Below are positions 1 to 14,066 of a DNA stretch of 50,575 bases, piece after piece. The stretch covers positions 1 through 50,575 of the forward strand of contig JNEM01008164.1 in assembly GCA_000697335.1 (NCBI GenBank), in the 5' to 3' direction. The notes under the pieces are model-generated. The model did not search any database, was not told the DNA's origin, and saw only the letters and a list, made by a program, of their open reading frames with translations. Position 1 is the first letter of the stretch; the number at the start of each line of letters is the position of its first letter. Source of the stretch: Conidiobolus incongruus B7586. Lineage: Eukaryota. A program made the position numbers and the translations under genes.

Positions 1-3000
1 AAAAATCTATAATTAAATTTTATAAATAAAATTATTTTATATTAATATGTTTTATTTGTAATAATTTCTCTTATTTGTTTTATATTGGATATATTTTTAT
101 AATTAATGATATATTTGCAAAGTTAAATATTAAAAAATTAGCAATTTTTTGAAATAATATCCTATAAATTGTAAATTTCAATTGGTTTTTGTAATTTTAA
201 AATTTAAAACAGATAGAATTTAATAAAATATTTTTGAATAGTTATTAAATAATATTATAAAATTATTGATCCTGATAATAATATAAATATTGAATGAGAT
301 TAAAAAAAATTTAAAATAATATAACCAATTGAATAATTGTGAGTAATTTTTTAATTTATTTTAAAACAAAAAATATTAATAATTTTTATTTAAAATTCGG
401 GATATATATAAATAATTCGAACAAAAGATAGTAACATATATCAATATATCTAAATTCAATGATTTTTAAGGTTTAAAAAAGTCAAAAAAATGACCTTTTT
501 GCCAGTATAATAAATTTAGTTGTATGGCACAACATTGTATTATATATAAATAATAACCAAGTATTTTATGCACTATATCGCATATTTTAATCAAAGACTT
601 TATTCGAATTTAAATTTTAACTATAATTGGAGTTTTTGTGACGAAGAATGTATTAGTTAAAGTTTGTTAATTTTAAATAAAATAAAAATATTAAATAAAG
701 TTTATTTATTATAATATCAATATGATTTGATAATATCTTAATTCTATTATTTAATTATTCTCTGAGTTTTAAATTTATATTAAATTTTTTTAATGTTATA
801 TTTATTTAATGATATTTTATATTAATCCATAAATTATTAACAAGTGACTTATATGACAAGTCAAATGATATTTAAAAATAGATTCAATTAAAAGATCTTA
901 AATTAATAGTAAATGTTGGGTATTTGCAACAAATTACATTTTATAACATATTTATTTTTAAATATTTGGCTTAAAATACATTTGTTGGTTTATTTTTATA
1001 TGTTAAAAATACCTATACTCGGATATAAGCTTAATTTAAAAATAACTCAAATGTTAATTGATCTAATATTCGTAATCCTGAAATTGATTGGAATATATAT
1101 ATATATATAGCTAATCGTTTAGCTAATGTTTAAAAAGACCATCTTTAATAATTTAGCAGCAGCTGTATTGGTATATATTTATAATATTTTTTAACCAGCA
1201 AATCCTTAAAAACATATAAGTATATATTTCTTTAATTAATAAAAAAATAAACAATTTTTATTATCTTGATTATTATTTGTACAATTTCAAATTATATCAA
1301 TTTAAACAGTCAAACAATTTATAAAATTATTAAATTATGAGAAAAAGTGAGATCAATATTAACCAATCATTGAAATACAAAAATATATAAAATTTTAAGA
1401 ATAAAGTTGATAGAAAGATAATTAAACTTAATTTAGTAATTGAAATTAACATAATACTTAATTTAGAAATTTCATTGATTAGAGTAAAATCTTGATTAAT
1501 TAATATAATTTTTTAAAAAGAGAATTTTGTTTAAAAATCTAATTTAATTTAAAAGTTAATTGTTTAGAAAATTAGTGTTGTGAGATTGATTCATTGATAA
1601 AATTTGAATATATTATTATATTGAATTTTGTTACAAAATAAAAATATATAAATGTATTATTACTTTCTATTTGTCAATTTTATATTGATTTCTTGGTTAT
1701 TTTTGATTCGACTCTTATAATAATTTAGCCAATATATTTTAATTAAATGGTTAAAATTTTTTTATTCAATCAATTAACAGAAATTAAATGTTGTAAAATA
1801 AATTTTTAATCATAATTTAATCAGATATATTTGATTTAGAAGTTATATTAAATTTAAAAATATAAACGGAATTCGTGTTCTTTGCATATATTTTTGTTTA
1901 GCTTAAAAGGGGTTGTTGATATTTAAGTAATTTAGTTGTAAAATCTTTACCAGTTGGAAAAATTCTATTAATTCTTTTATTATTGAATTGTTTTGAAGAA
2001 TCAATATCAAATTGATCACCCTGTTTATTTGAAACTTTCAAACTTACATTAATATTAATTGACACTTGGAATTTTTATTAAATTCTAGATTAAGGTAATC
2101 AATCTAATTAGTTTTATTCAATGCAAAATGAAGTTATTTTTTATATTTTCATAAATATCTAATTATTATATGAAATATATTTAAATAGATATTTGAATCA
2201 CTATAATAATTTCAATAACTAATATAACCATAACTTGGGAATTTGATGATAAAACACTTAAAATTTGAAGTAATGACTTAATTTATCTGGAGATTTGTTG
2301 TATTCATCTGAAATGTGGATATAGTAGGCTTATTACCCAATTTGGTAGCGAAGACTTCTTGAGCCCAAATTAGGTAGTATCAAACTTCAACAAACTCAGC
2401 TTAGATTTAATTAATTTTTCATTTTTAAATTTCAATTTAATTGATTCAAAGATATCATTTTATTATAATCTAATTGGCTAATAATTCATTAATAAATTAA
2501 TTTATTTCAATTTTATGATTTAATTAGATTTAAAAGGATTTTACAAGATTTAAATTGATTAATTATGCTAATTTGTATTTCTTATTAGCCCGAATTTAAT
2601 TCGTGTAATGAATATGGAATGACAGGTAATAAACATTAAAATCTTAAAGGATAAATCCTAGTATACTTAGACAAATGTCTCCTTGTGAAATGTAGCTTTA
2701 TATATTCCTGTAATCACTAGAATTTTCTTTGTATTTCTTTTGACTTCTCTTTAAGGAATTAATGAAGGGATAAGATTGATTATATGTGAGTTAATTTCAT
2801 TATAATCTGATGGATATTTTATATATTAGCTTAAATTATTCAAGTTTTCAAATTTAATAGCATTCTTATATTTCATTGATTACTAATATAACCTAATATT
2901 TTACAAAAACCAATCAAGGCGCTGATGGTATAAAGATTAGCATGAAGGTAATTGAATATATTAATCAGCATATTTGAAATATAAAACGATATTTTTTTGA

Positions 3001-3483
3001 AAAATAGTATGAGTGAATTATTTGAGTAATTGGCATTTGCATAGCATAATAACTGAATATTAACATAATTGTTGAGACGATAAATTGCTTTTTTGGTAGT
3101 GTTCATAATATTATTTAATTTAATAACTTGGGTTGCTAAGTATAATCACTCAACAATTGAAAAATAACACAAAATGAAGGAATACCAATAGTAACCAAGT
3201 ATATTTGATTGTGCTTCAAATACTTGGTATACTTGAATAAACTTAAATAATTTAAAATTTGATTAATAACAAAAATTATTTATAATAACATTATTTAAAT
3301 TATCTTTCAATCAACTTTTCAATTGCACTACAATACAGATGATATATTTCTAGTTTTTTTGTATTTAGTAATCATGCATTTATGTTGTAATTGAAATGTC
3401 CTAAATAAATTGAGTATCCTAAATTGACCGAGCCTGATCGAAATGACTTGGATCTAAGAGGATTGTAATTTAAATATCTCAAA

Positions 3484-3636
3484 CCCCCCAGGATTGGATG
3501 TTTCTCCCCGAAGGGGAGATTTATTTTAATTTTGATTTTATGTGCGGTCCAATCACATTATCATGGTTTGGGAATAAGGGGTATTATAGATGGAAAGTTT
3601 ATCCATTCAATTGCAATGAAAAAATTGTATAAATAA
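3484..3636 (+). promoter_or_regulatory. Promoter of the homeobox gene
   Basis: Locally GC-rich patch with ATTGG/CCAATCA boxes (~3493, ~3549), palindrome TCTCCCC-GAA-GGGGAGA (3503-3519), AGGGG elements and TATAAATA at ~3628. Confidence 0.5.
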
Positions 3637-3748
3637 ACGCCAAATCCATCATTTCCCATTAGTCTTTTCAGATCTTTACTACGCAATACTTTTCAACGTG
3701 TCTCGACTTTCAAACCGCGAAACTATTATTACAAGCCAATCATTAGAA

Positions 3749-4840
3749 ATGTCTATTATTAACACTAACACTCGAATTACTAACATGAATATAAACACTA
3801 TTAACAACCAATCAACTAAGACTTCTTCTATCACTATTGCTAAAGATTTTACTCCTGTGATTTACAACCCTCACGGTAGTAATCTTCGTGGTGTCGCCGG
3901 TTTGAGTCAGGCTCAAATTGCCAGTTTGGAAGTTAAATTCCAAGTAGATCCCATGCCTAATCCTTCTTTGCGTCAAGCTATTGCCAAAGAATTAGGTATG
4001 AGCCCTCGTGCTGTCAACATTTGGTTCAAGACTCGTAGAGCTACTGCCAAATCTAAGGGTGAAACTTTACCTCACCGTATCTTCCAATGGAAGCAAACTG
4101 ATCGCAAAGTCAAGACTATTAACAATCCATTCCGGGGCAATCCCAAAGAAGGCGTTCCGGGTCCAGAACGAGTCGCGGAGGTTTCACCTTCTCCAAGCTC
4201 TGTTGCTTCTCCTTCCACAGTTGGAGCTCTTCCAGTTTTCTCCGATTTCTCCTGCCCCAGCGACTTCCCACCTGCCACTCCTTCTTTTACTCCCTCTTCT
4301 TCCGAACTTCCTGTTACTGATCTCGACTTAGCCTCTTTGTTCTCTCAACTTCCTTCCCCTGTCTTTCCTATGGATTCTTCTTCTCAGACCGGATCTCCTC
4401 AATTCCCAACTTTCAATGGAAACCCCATGCTCACTCCCACCGTATTTCCGTTTAATTTTGGTTTTAATGCGTTCAATGCGCCTGTGAGTGGAAGTCCAAT
4501 GAATACAACCAGTGGTATGTGCTGCAACTGCAAGGGAGGGTTGAAGCAACAACCTATTGTTCCCTTGGCTCAGACCGACCTCAGCCCTCCCTCTGAAATC
4601 TTCAAGCAGCACACCTGGTCTGATGCCCAATCACAGAATGTTTGGCCTACCCAAATAGATTCCACTTTGTATTCCTTATATGACTCGTCGTATCATCATC
4701 AACAACATAATTTAGACGGCTCATATTTAAATCTGGACTTACCACTCTCTTTAGATCAACTATCCATGAACAATACCCTCAACTTGTCAATGAATACTCT
4801 CGATCATTGGAGCCATACACATAGCCCGCCTGACGGATAA
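3749..4840 (+). CDS. Homeodomain transcription factor with S/P-rich C-terminal region, intronless
   Basis: ORF contains LSQAQIASLEVKFQVDPMPNPSLRQAIAKELGMSPRAVNIWFKTRRA (homeodomain helices 1-3). First ATG at 3749; the ORF track starts at GTG 3698. TATAAATA at ~3628. Confidence 0.85.
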   Translation: MSIINTNTRITNMNINTINNQSTKTSSITIAKDFTPVIYNPHGSNLRGVAGLSQAQIASLEVKFQVDPMPNPSLRQAIAKELGMSPRAVNIWFKTRRATAKSKGETLPHRIFQWKQTDRKVKTINNPFRGNPKEGVPGPERVAEVSPSPSSVASPSTVGALPVFSDFSCPSDFPPATPSFTPSSSELPVTDLDLASLFSQLPSPVFPMDSSSQTGSPQFPTFNGNPMLTPTVFPFNFGFNAFNAPVSGSPMNTTSGMCCNCKGGLKQQPIVPLAQTDLSPPSEIFKQHTWSDAQSQNVWPTQIDSTLYSLYDSSYHHQQHNLDGSYLNLDLPLSLDQLSMNNTLNLSMNTLDHWSHTHSPPDG

Positions 4841-7800
4841 TCTGTAGGATCTTCCTATTTTTGATTGTTTAATTGAGAATCGCCTTGGTTGCATTTTGCA
4901 GTTTTTGATGAACAGATGAATTTCATCCCACTCTCATCAAAAGACACTCCTAATGTTCAACCCGCCTTTCTCCTCTCGTCGTTTCGGATCACCACTCTTT
5001 GGACTCTTCTGATCTTTTCCTACAGATAGTTAAACTCATTCCTCGCTTTTGATAATCGTTACAATTTTGATGATGGATTGTAATTGGTTTTTTTAGAGGT
5101 TGAGGCATACTATCTTTCTTTGGTTTCACTTCCAACTTGAATCGAATATGATATTGGAACTTTGAGTTCTTTATCTTTCTTTCCACCACTCTTTTTTATG
5201 TTCTTTTTCTTAATCTTTCTCATTGACATATATATTTTTTCATTTTACTAACTATATTTTATATTTTAATAAATTAATATCAATATAAAAATTATGACTT
5301 TCTTTTTTAAGGTATTTTTTATTTTTACTTTGTTAAGTTATAAATGTTTTGAAATTGATTAGTTTTGAATGAATTTCTAATGCAACATGATACATTAGTA
5401 ATCAAAATCAACAAAACAGTAGTTTTGCAATTATTTTTAAACTTTGAATTAATCAAGTTGCAATGAACTTGCAGTTGCCTTTTTTAGTAGAACCCAGACG
5501 TGGTTTCTATTCTTGGTAAGGAGGGTGCAAACAATGTGAAATGTCGGCCCAAATGTTGATAAAAATATGAATGATTGCTCAGGATTTCAAAATTTGTTTA
5601 CCAGGGGGAGAATGAAGTGTGATTAAAGAGAGTGTAGAGGGGATTTAAGCTGGAATCTCAGGATTGAAATAGTGAAATTAAATTGAGATTAGGATTTAAA
5701 AAATAAAAAATATTAATGATTATATATTGTTCATGAGTGAATCTTTGAGGGTCTGAATGAACGGAGTTGAAGTCAAAGTGCTAGAATATTAAAATTGAAT
5801 TTTATAGAGTATCAATTATCAATAAAAATACAAATATAATGATTGAATAAAAGTGGCAAATAAAAAGAAGAGATACTTGTGGAAAAAATAGGAAAGGAAT
5901 AGGGTAAGTAAGATTTGAATAATGAGAATTGAATGGACCCTGTTCTATTTATATGATTTGAAGTCCAAATCATAAACTATGAGTCATTTGAAGTAAAATG
6001 GTGGCAATTACCGAAAATGGAAATTACAACTTCACTCAATCAAAATTTAATAATGTATCAAAAGAAATTAAGATGACTAATAATTATTAAGTGACCAGAA
6101 TTTGTAATTCTCATTTTACCACTCAGATTTTGTATTCACCAAATTAAGTCAACTTCAGCTACATTTAGTTCTAAATAAGGAAATATGGATGGGTTACATC
6201 TTAAAAAGATATATTATAAGTGAAAAATTGACTCATCCAAAAAATTAATCATATGATACAATAAGATCGTGATTCATTGAGTGAATTTTGTTTTGACTTG
6301 GTTTAAAATATTCGACTTTTATTTTAGACAGTATCACTTTCAGATAATTACAGAGTATCAAAACATAGATATCAGAGTAATATAAATTGTAATTATATAG
6401 CATATTATTTTAATACTCAATCAAATTATCAACGATATCAAGATACCCTACTAATTCTTTTAAATGATTAATTTTTTTGAGTATTTACTAGTTTTAATTT
6501 TAATATGTAAAAATACATTATTAAAATCATTTTTTATTATAATTTTTAAAATAATCACAAATCATTAAATCAATATAATTAAGATATGATTTTATTTATT
6601 TTGAGAAATTTATAATAATCTTTATTATAATCGTTTAATTATCAACTTATAATAACAGGAAATAAGAAATTATCACTACTCTATGTTGAATATTTAAACA
6701 AGGTTCAATCAATAAACTAGAATTTTTGATTTATTAAATCAATATAATATGTTTAAATATCAAATAAATTTTCAATAAACAGGATTTGAAAATGTCTATT
6801 TTGGAAATTGAATCTGATAACATTAATGGTTTATATATTTAGTTATTAATCGAAAATATCATAAAATCTAAGTATATAAAATTGATTATAACAGCAAAAA
6901 TAAATTTTACATAGTGAATAGAAATATTTAGAATAAGAATGATATGAAACTATAAAGTAATGGATTTCATTAAATCACTATATCTTACTGATATAACTCT
7001 GTAATCATATTAAATATTAGTATCAAGATTGATAATATTATTTTATAAAAGTATATAATCAATATTTTTTTTATATTCAAGTTTGCTAAATACAAATAAT
7101 ATATATTATATATTATAACTGGTATATATTCTATATTTCAATCATCTTAAGTATATCTAAAGTATGCTAATTATGAATCAAATTTTATTTATAATATCAT
7201 TATATATTAAACATATATCTGTAAAAACACTTTAAATCATTATCAATAAAAACTGTTCCAATAAAATTCCTTTAATTTTCATATCAATTATGTGATAATA
7301 TATTTACTAAAAAATTTGATTTTTTTCATTTATTTTATACCTCTAATACTACTATATTCATATCTAAATTTAATATTATCAGATAATTATACTATAGATT
7401 ATTATTTAGAAGAATTTACAATCAAATATTTTATATCATTTTTGTAATTTTATATATTTTAATTATTTTATTTTGTGAGTATATTGATCAATTTGATATA
7501 TATTTATTGATCAAGATATCATTTTGCTCCAAATATCACAGATTTATAATATTCACTTTATTAATATAACTTAGAATTTTCCTAATATCTCCCTATTAAG
7601 CTCTATTAATATATATTTACTAAAACAAACTCTATAATTTTATCCTAGGACACTTATATGATTGCTTATATAATCATTTTATCCTTTATATAACTATAAA
7701 ATAATACTCTATTAAATCTTTATAAAGTATGATTAATAATAATTATCAAAAGTATAAAAATATTTGATAACTCTTTTTATTCAAAATTAAAATTATAAAG

Positions 7801-7980
7801 ATATTAAAAAATTATAAATTTATATTGCGATATATAAGGATAGAATATTATTTTTATACACAGAGATTCTACCACAATTAATAGTGAAATATAACATATT
7901 GAATATTGCAATAATTCTAGCTTTTTGAATATAACTATATTAGTATTATAGTAATTTTTATAATTATTTTAATAATAATA

Positions 7981-8000
7981 ATATATATATATATATATAT
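7981..8000. repeat. (AT)10 microsatellite
   Basis: Directly visible, preceded by (AAT)n. Confidence 0.9.
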
Positions 8001-8915
8001 TAAGTTATTCCTGTATATATTCTACTAATACAAAGTACTCAATTTATATTTATATTATTAACAATTATGATCCAAATCAATTTTTGCTATTAAATGAGTA
8101 TTTTAATTAATTTATATATTACTCTAAATATCAAATAATGACATATGCTTAAAATCAAATTTGGATTTAATTTCTAATATATAATCTAAAGAAGAAATTA
8201 ATATATATCAAAGGTTATTAAATAGAATTTAAAAAATAATTCTAATTTAACTTATTATTTTTTTAAGCAAAACAAATTATATAAGTTTAAGATTTGTTAA
8301 TTATAATGATATAATATAAAAGCTTTGGTTTTTGATCACATCTCCATATGTTTTATTTTACCATATCTATTTTAATTTTTTTTCAAATATATTAATTAAA
8401 TCAAGTTTATTTTTTAATATATATAATATGTTTACAAAACAATTATCAATTACTATGATAATCTTTTCATTATCACCAAAAGATGCTTTTTAATATATTA
8501 TTTTAATTCTTCAAAAATTAAATTTTTATATTTTAAATTTAAATATTATCCTTTCAGTTTTACAATAACAGATTTATTAATAAAGAGTAATTTTAAAAGA
8601 AATGCTATCTTTATAAGCTGTTTACAAATTTTAAATGATTTTAGAGGGTTTATAGTAGAGTGTTAGTAATCATAAAATAAAAGACTTTGGGTAATAATTA
8701 TTTAACTTAAATATGCTTAATCTCTATAATAATTTTTTGAATAGAAATATTTTAATGAAAAAAATGTTATTAATAAATATATATAAATATATATAATTTA
8801 AAATTATTGCCCTTTTTATCTATTATGTATATCATTTATTTTTTAAAACTAACAATATATTTGAAAAATCAGTAATGAAAAAAATTGGCTTTTCTTTCTA
8901 AAGTAATAGAATATG
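8001..8915. repeat. Decayed dispersed repeat, copy A (possible TE relic; ends approximate)
   Basis: Collinear similarity to ~29780-30720. Anchor 8841-8871 vs 30645-30675 matches at 29/31. Further anchors at ~8321/30103 and ~8451/30267. Confidence 0.65.
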
Positions 8916-10169
8916 TGTTATTGGCTATTTCTCAAATCTTCAACGATTATAATTGATCCATTTAGTTTGGATGTTGAAATTTTTAAATATTTGATATGAT
9001 AAAATTTTAGTGTTGCAAATTGTAATAATTAATTCAATTTTTGTGGTAGTTACCAATAGGTGATTAATTACATAATTTATAATATTACTGAAGTAAATTA
9101 AAAAGTATTAACAATTGTATTAATTGAAAGGTTAAAATGTAATATATTAATTAGTACAATGAAACTTGTTAATTCAATATTGAAATTTATGTATTGAATT
9201 ATCATTTTTTCATTTGTTTCACTTTTAGATCATCAATGTACCTTTCAAAATATCAGTCAATTACTCATTATAATAGATTGAATGGGGTATTTTCCACTAC
9301 ATTCAATTATATCACTAAACTCTATGTTACTTCAGCTACGTATATTGAACGTATTATAATTAATATACTAATGATATATATATTATTAAATATATTTTCA
9401 TTATATCATATATCTAAGAAAATGAAATACTGACTTATGTATATAGAAAGAATATATATATATATAATATAAACCGAACTGGAGAAATTTTCAAAAAAAA
9501 ATTTAGTAATTATAGTATACTGCAATCATATGAACTTTTTTGAATATTTTAATGGTTTATTGATTAATGACATATTAGTCATAATCCATATATTTGTTTT
9601 GTTTTATTGGAATTTTTACAGTTTTGCTCTGTATAAAATTGATTTAAACTCAATTCAAATCAAAATGTAGTGATAATTGTAATAAAATATCTATAAATAT
9701 TCATTTAATCGAATTATAAAGTTGTATAATTTTTATTATTGAATCAAATTATAATATACATAAAATTCGATTTTTTGAAAACTATCATTGATTAAATTAT
9801 AAATTTTTAATAAATTTATAAATACTAATAGTTTTGAGTATATCAAATTATTATATATAGTTATTTTAGTTAGCAATCAAGTTGATTATACTATGATAAA
9901 TGTTTTGTCTTTTATAAAACAAACCATTTATTAGATATATAACATAGATTTATTGGATGGGATTATATCATTTTTTTCTTTATTCACAAGATCATTCAAT
10001 TATCAAAATCAATCACATGCATTTCAATTTTATTTCCCATAATAAATCCTTGGATTCATGCGTATTTATTAATTGTCAATCAACTGATTCAATTCATTAA
10101 CAGTCTTTAATCATCTTTTTAACCAAATTCAATTCTTAATAGTTATTATATTGATAAATAGTAATTTAA

Positions 10170-13100
10170 ATGTCTAATAAAGTAATCGTTCAGTTGCTTA
10201 ATGCACCTGAATTAAATAATTATATTAACTTACCAAGTAATATGTCTAATGCTCTATTAGACAGTAATAAAGTAAATTTTATATCAAATCATTTTATATT
10301 ATTTATTTATTTATTTTTTATATAGAAAATTCATCAATTAGCTTTTCAATTATCTTGGGAAAATAATAAAGTTTATGTCGGCTGGTCAGGTTATTCTTCT
10401 AGAGTTACCAATTCAATAAACAGTTATAATGGTCGAAAATCTAATAATGATAACATCATTCAAATGGACGTTCAGTTTGGTACGAACTTGGGTTTAGAAG
10501 ATGGCCTAGAAGTAAAATTAACACTATTTCTATTTTTATTTTAATTACTCACTTAGGAAATAGGTTTCCTTGTCTTTAGCAAAAAGTCCTGTAACTGCTA
10601 AATCGGTGGAATTAAAGCCATGTTCAGAAGACGATTGGGAAATGGTGGTAGGTTCTTTATTTAAAACTTTATATTGTTATTATTCAATAATGACCATATC
10701 TCATGCCGTTATTGATTAGGAATTAAATGCACAATTTTTAGAAGATCAAATATTAAGCCAAATTAAAGTTTTATTTATGAATCAAAAGATTTGCTTAAAT
10801 TTAGAAGGACGAACAAAAGTTCATTTAACTGTTGGTAATAATGTTTTTTATTCATTAACATTTTCAAAATGTTAATCTCTATTATTAGTCAATATTGACC
10901 CAAAACCAAAGAATTGCTGTTTAATTTCAAACGAATCCGAAGTTTTTATCCAGCCTCGAGAAAGAAAAGTTTCTAAAGAGCTTGACTCCAAAGGTGAAGA
11001 ATATCATTTGATACCTCCCACCGTTCTCAGAAGTATTAGCGATAAGTTATTCAAAGACCAATTATCTAATTGGATCTCTGATTTTCCAGATTCAGCAGTT
11101 CTTATTAACCCACGATCTATATACAAGATTAATCAATTAGCAGAGCTAGATTTTGATTATTCCAAATTAATCACTCTTGGCAAACTAACTTTAATGGGAA
11201 GGTTAAGCGAAATTCAATCTTCTAATGAAAACTCTAAAAAATCAAATACAAACGCAAATCAAAAGAATCAAAGCTCAAATGATAATTCAAAATCCTTATT
11301 TAATTACTCTAAGTACAGTATTATTACCATTATTTGGACTAATATAGTTCCTGTTCAACATGTCGTGATGAAAGAGAAATTATTAGCAACGATTGGTGGT
11401 GATCTTTACAGTCTTTTTCAACTTTCCTCTCCGATATCCACGTACATGGAATTAAAGACTTTAACCATACGACCTATTTTTGTTGGCACCCCCGATTCAA
11501 CTCTGGTTACTCAGAATGTCACAAGTTCTTCTTGGATCATTGATTTAGTCAAGCAATGGATTGAAGATAATCTGAACGGTTTAAAATCACTTAATATCCA
11601 TCAAATTGCATTGAATCACGGAATGTTAATTCCTCTAAATGGCCCTAAATCATCTTTAATGAAACAAAATATTGTCTTTGCATCTCTTGATTTCTCTATA
11701 TTGGATCATTTTGTTAAGGGAAATTATGATCCTCCTTATACATTTATCGACCGTTTATCTTTCAAGCATCTTAAAATTCAGGAAGGTGCTCCTCTGTTCA
11801 CTAATGAATTACCTGTTTATCCACCGCCATTATTAAATAGTATATCAACCCCGCTTGCTCCTTTAGGCGCAGTTGATTCTGTAATCAATAACAGTATTTT
11901 CTGCTTAAAGGTCGGACTTTCTGGTGAGTTTATAAAACAAAAGTTAAAAGTTTGGCCTCACACCAGTATGCTCTTATGTGGTGGTAAAGGCTCTGGTAAA
12001 ACATCGGTAGCACAAACGATCATCAAATCACTAGTTGTTGATCCATTGGTTTTAGCTTATCCAATTACATTATCTTGTGAGTCATTGGTAAATGATAGAG
12101 TGGCTAAAATTCATGAAAAATTGCAAGAGATAGTGCTTAAGGCTGCATTCCATCAACCTTCACTCATTTTCCTTGATAATCTTGATGTTCTTATTCCAGC
12201 AGAAATGGAACATATGGATTCTTTCCGTTACAGACAATTGTCTGAGATCTTTATAGACGTTTTTAAACGCTCTTTAAGTAAATATCCTAGAATTGCACTA
12301 TTAGCCACTGGATTACAATCCCAATCAGTCCATCCATTGCTTTTAAGTTCTCATATATTTACACATACTTTTCACATCACTCCTCCTGGAAAACCTGAGC
12401 GTGAAGCTATTATTAACACTTTACTCACCAATTCTGCCGTTCCTGCTCTCAAAAATTCGGTCGCTCATCTTGATCTCTCATGGATCGCTGGTCAAACCGA
12501 AGGATATCTACACACGGATCTTAAATCCTTAATCGAAAGAGCACTTCACCAAGCAGCTATCAGAACCATCCAAACTTCTGAAAAAACGCAACTTGAAGTC
12601 AATCAAGAAGATTTCCGCCTCGCTCAAGAGGGATTTATTCCTGTCGCCTTGAGAGGAATCAAACTTCAAACTTCTGGTGTTGTTTGGGGCGACATTGGAG
12701 GTTTAAGGGAAACCAAGGCTATATTAAGAGAAACACTTGAATGGCCCATTAAATACTCTGTGATTTTTAAAACATGTCCTCTTAGATTGAGATCTGGTTT
12801 ATTACTATATGGTTATCCCGGTTGTGGTAAAACTATGTTAGCATCAGCTGTTGCAAAGGAGTGTGGACTCAATTTTATCAGCGTCAAAGGACCTGAACTT
12901 CTCAGTAAATACATTGGTGCTAGTGAGAAATCTACTAGAGATTTATTTGAACGCGCTCAAGCTGCCAAACCTTGTGTATTATTCTTCGATGAATTTGAAG
13001 CAATTGCACCTCGTCGTGGCCACGATAGTACTGGTGTAACTGATCGTGTTGTCAATCAATTATTGACCCAAATGGATGGTGCTGAAGGTTTAGAAGGTGT

Positions 13101-13882
13101 TTATGTCCTTGCAGCGACCAGTAGACCTGATCTTATCGATCCAGCTTTGCTTCGCCCTGGTCGTTTAGATAAATCCCTCATCTGTGATCTACCCAATCGA
13201 GAAGATCGAATTGACATTCTCAAGGCACATGCTACACATTTCCACCTCGCTTCTGATGTTGATTTAGACTGGATTGCTGATCAATGTCCAGATTTCACAG
13301 GTGCAGATCTTCAAGCAATTCTATACAACGCCCATTTACATGCAATTCACCAGAATATTGACTCTAAAATGGAAGAGATTCAAGAAACTGAAGCTAAAAC
13401 TAATGGAAATCACGATACTCCCAAACTAGATTTTAATATATTCAACGGAGAACTTTCCAAGAATCCAGTTGCTCCAATCACAATGAGTAAAGCTGAAAAA
13501 GATAGTATTGAACGCAGATTAAACAAAATACGTATTAATAAATTATCAAATACCAGCAGCTCAAATACCAAGTTAAGCAACGGAATCGCTAACCATACAC
13601 CTGAAAAATCTAGTGAGAACTCAAAGGTAAATTTCAATATAAATAATTATTTTTCATATATACTAATTTTAATTAGATCTACATCACCAAAAAAGATATC
13701 GAACATTCGTTAAAAGAGACACATAGTTCGTTACCTCAAAGTGAAATTAAGAGATTAACATTAATGTAAGTATTTTTACCATATATTTTTACTCTCAACT
13801 AAAAAATATTATTAGCTATGATCAATTTAAGAATGGCAAATCTGATCCTTCAAAAGTCGGTAAAAGATCTACTTTAGGTTAA
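10170..13882 (+). CDS. PEX1: Peroxisomal AAA ATPase Pex1
   Basis: Exons ~10170-10271, 10326-10511, 10564-10647, 10720-10834, 10889-13626, 13677-13765, 13816-13882. N-domain PCSEDDWEMVELNA; D1 GGKGSGKT/LDNLD; D2 LRLRSGLLLYGYPGCGKT, FFDEFEAIAPRRGHDSTGVTDRVVNQ. Confidence 0.95.
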
Positions 13883-14066
13883 GAATTCATTATTAAACAA
13901 AAATATTAAAAAAAATAAAAGTATCAAAAATTTCAATTTTAATAAATTATATAAAAAGGCAATAAAAGTTTTCGAAAATCTGTAGACGATTGTTCAAAAA
14001 TTTTAAAGATTTTGAATACTGATAATATATGAAGACATTTAGCTCTTTATTAAATTTTTTTATCAA

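Noticed and set aside
913..9433. Short ORFs 913-1110, 2873-3106, 4989-5189 and 9194-9433
   Set aside because: Composition typical of chance AT-rich ORFs, with no motifs.
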